The translations under genes were made by a program, and so were the position numbers. Positions 63,444 to 64,000 of a stretch of 64,000 nt of DNA are shown piece after piece. The stretch lies in IMG/VR virus record IMGVR_UViG_3300010429_001449. One strand, given 5' to 3'. The DNA comes from a virus (taxonomy: Duplodnaviria > Caudoviricetes). Under the pieces are notes generated by a model. That model saw only the letters and a list, made by a program, of their open reading frames with translations. It was not told the origin of the DNA and searched no databases. Positions within the stretch are counted from its first letter, which is position 1, and the number at the start of each line of letters is the position of its first letter.

Positions 63444-63471
63444 AGTATAGCCGATTTACGGCCTATGTCAA
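63444..63471 (-). promoter_or_regulatory. sigma70-type promoter
   Basis: TTGACA-16bp-TATACT. Confidence 0.8.
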
Positions 63472-64000
63472 TAGACTTATCTGATTTTTTTCTGCGATTT
63501 ATGCTAAATCTTTTCTCTGGCGTATAACAGCGCCGAATAGGTGATTTGACGCATTCCGCATATCGGCGGGGACGGGGGACGGGGGATTTTTTTTTCGGGG
63601 ACGGGGGATTTTTTTTCGGCGGGGACGCTGTCGGCGGGGGACGGTCCGTCAATGGTGAATTGACGGGGACGGCGGGGACGCCGTCGGGGGACGACGCCGT
63701 CGGGGATGAGCCGGACAGGGGACGGCGGGACGGCGGGACGGGGACGGCGGGGACGGTCCGGACGGCGGGACGCCGGACGGGGTCGGCGGGACGGCGGGGA
63801 CGACGCCGTCGGCGGGACGGGGGACGGGGTCGGCGGGACGGGGACAGGGGGACAATCTTGCAATGGTGAATTGTGCGGGGGGACGGGGACGGCGGGGACG
63901 ATCCGGACAGGGGACGCCGTCATCGGGGACGGGGACAGCGACGTCGGCGGGGACGCCGGACGGGGACGGGGGGACGCCGGGAAGCGGGGGACGGTCCGGA

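Larger units (their letters stand above)
62535..64000 (+). repeat. G-rich GGGGACG(G) repeat region, continues beyond window
   Basis: Dozens of GGGGAC/GGGAC units, nearly all on the + strand, interrupted at ~63150-63560. Confidence 0.9.

Noticed and set aside
62254-63923. Pro/Arg- or Gly-rich ORFs across the repeat region, or a CRISPR array
   Set aside because: Translations of low-complexity repeats; no constant repeat-unique spacer period and no cas genes

Overview
This window looks like part of a large tailed-phage (jumbo-phage-like) genome. Gene blocks are dense and co-oriented (minus strand to ~57.2 kb, then plus), with many small hypothetical ORFs and no host housekeeping context. It carries 18 near-identical sigma70-type promoters with a 16-bp spacer, 12 canonical tRNAs, a tmRNA, four DNA methyltransferases, pyrE/pyrF, pncA/pncB, a vWA-PP2C-kinase triad, two macrodomains, a CCA-adding enzyme, an IS605-family tnpB and a G-rich repeat region at the right end. 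The HNH and prepilin-like genes suggest a Planctomycetota-like host (inference only). Three things stand out. (1) A phage Ro60/TROVE gene comes with a family of at least three Y-RNA-like RNAs sharing a GNYGAAUGCC...UACAU...AAC scaffold. One carries a complete tRNA cloverleaf circularly permuted at the variable arm; two others sit inside the tRNA array 24 kb away. (2) Several other unexplained structured or tRNA-like RNAs lie in boxA-led stable-RNA operons. (3) Five large proteins (CCA-adding enzyme, kinase, ART/GNAT-like, zincin-like, unknown) share an N-terminal YDW..AL.K leader that looks like a virion-cargo targeting signal. All structures were read by eye; no database searches or folding programs were run.
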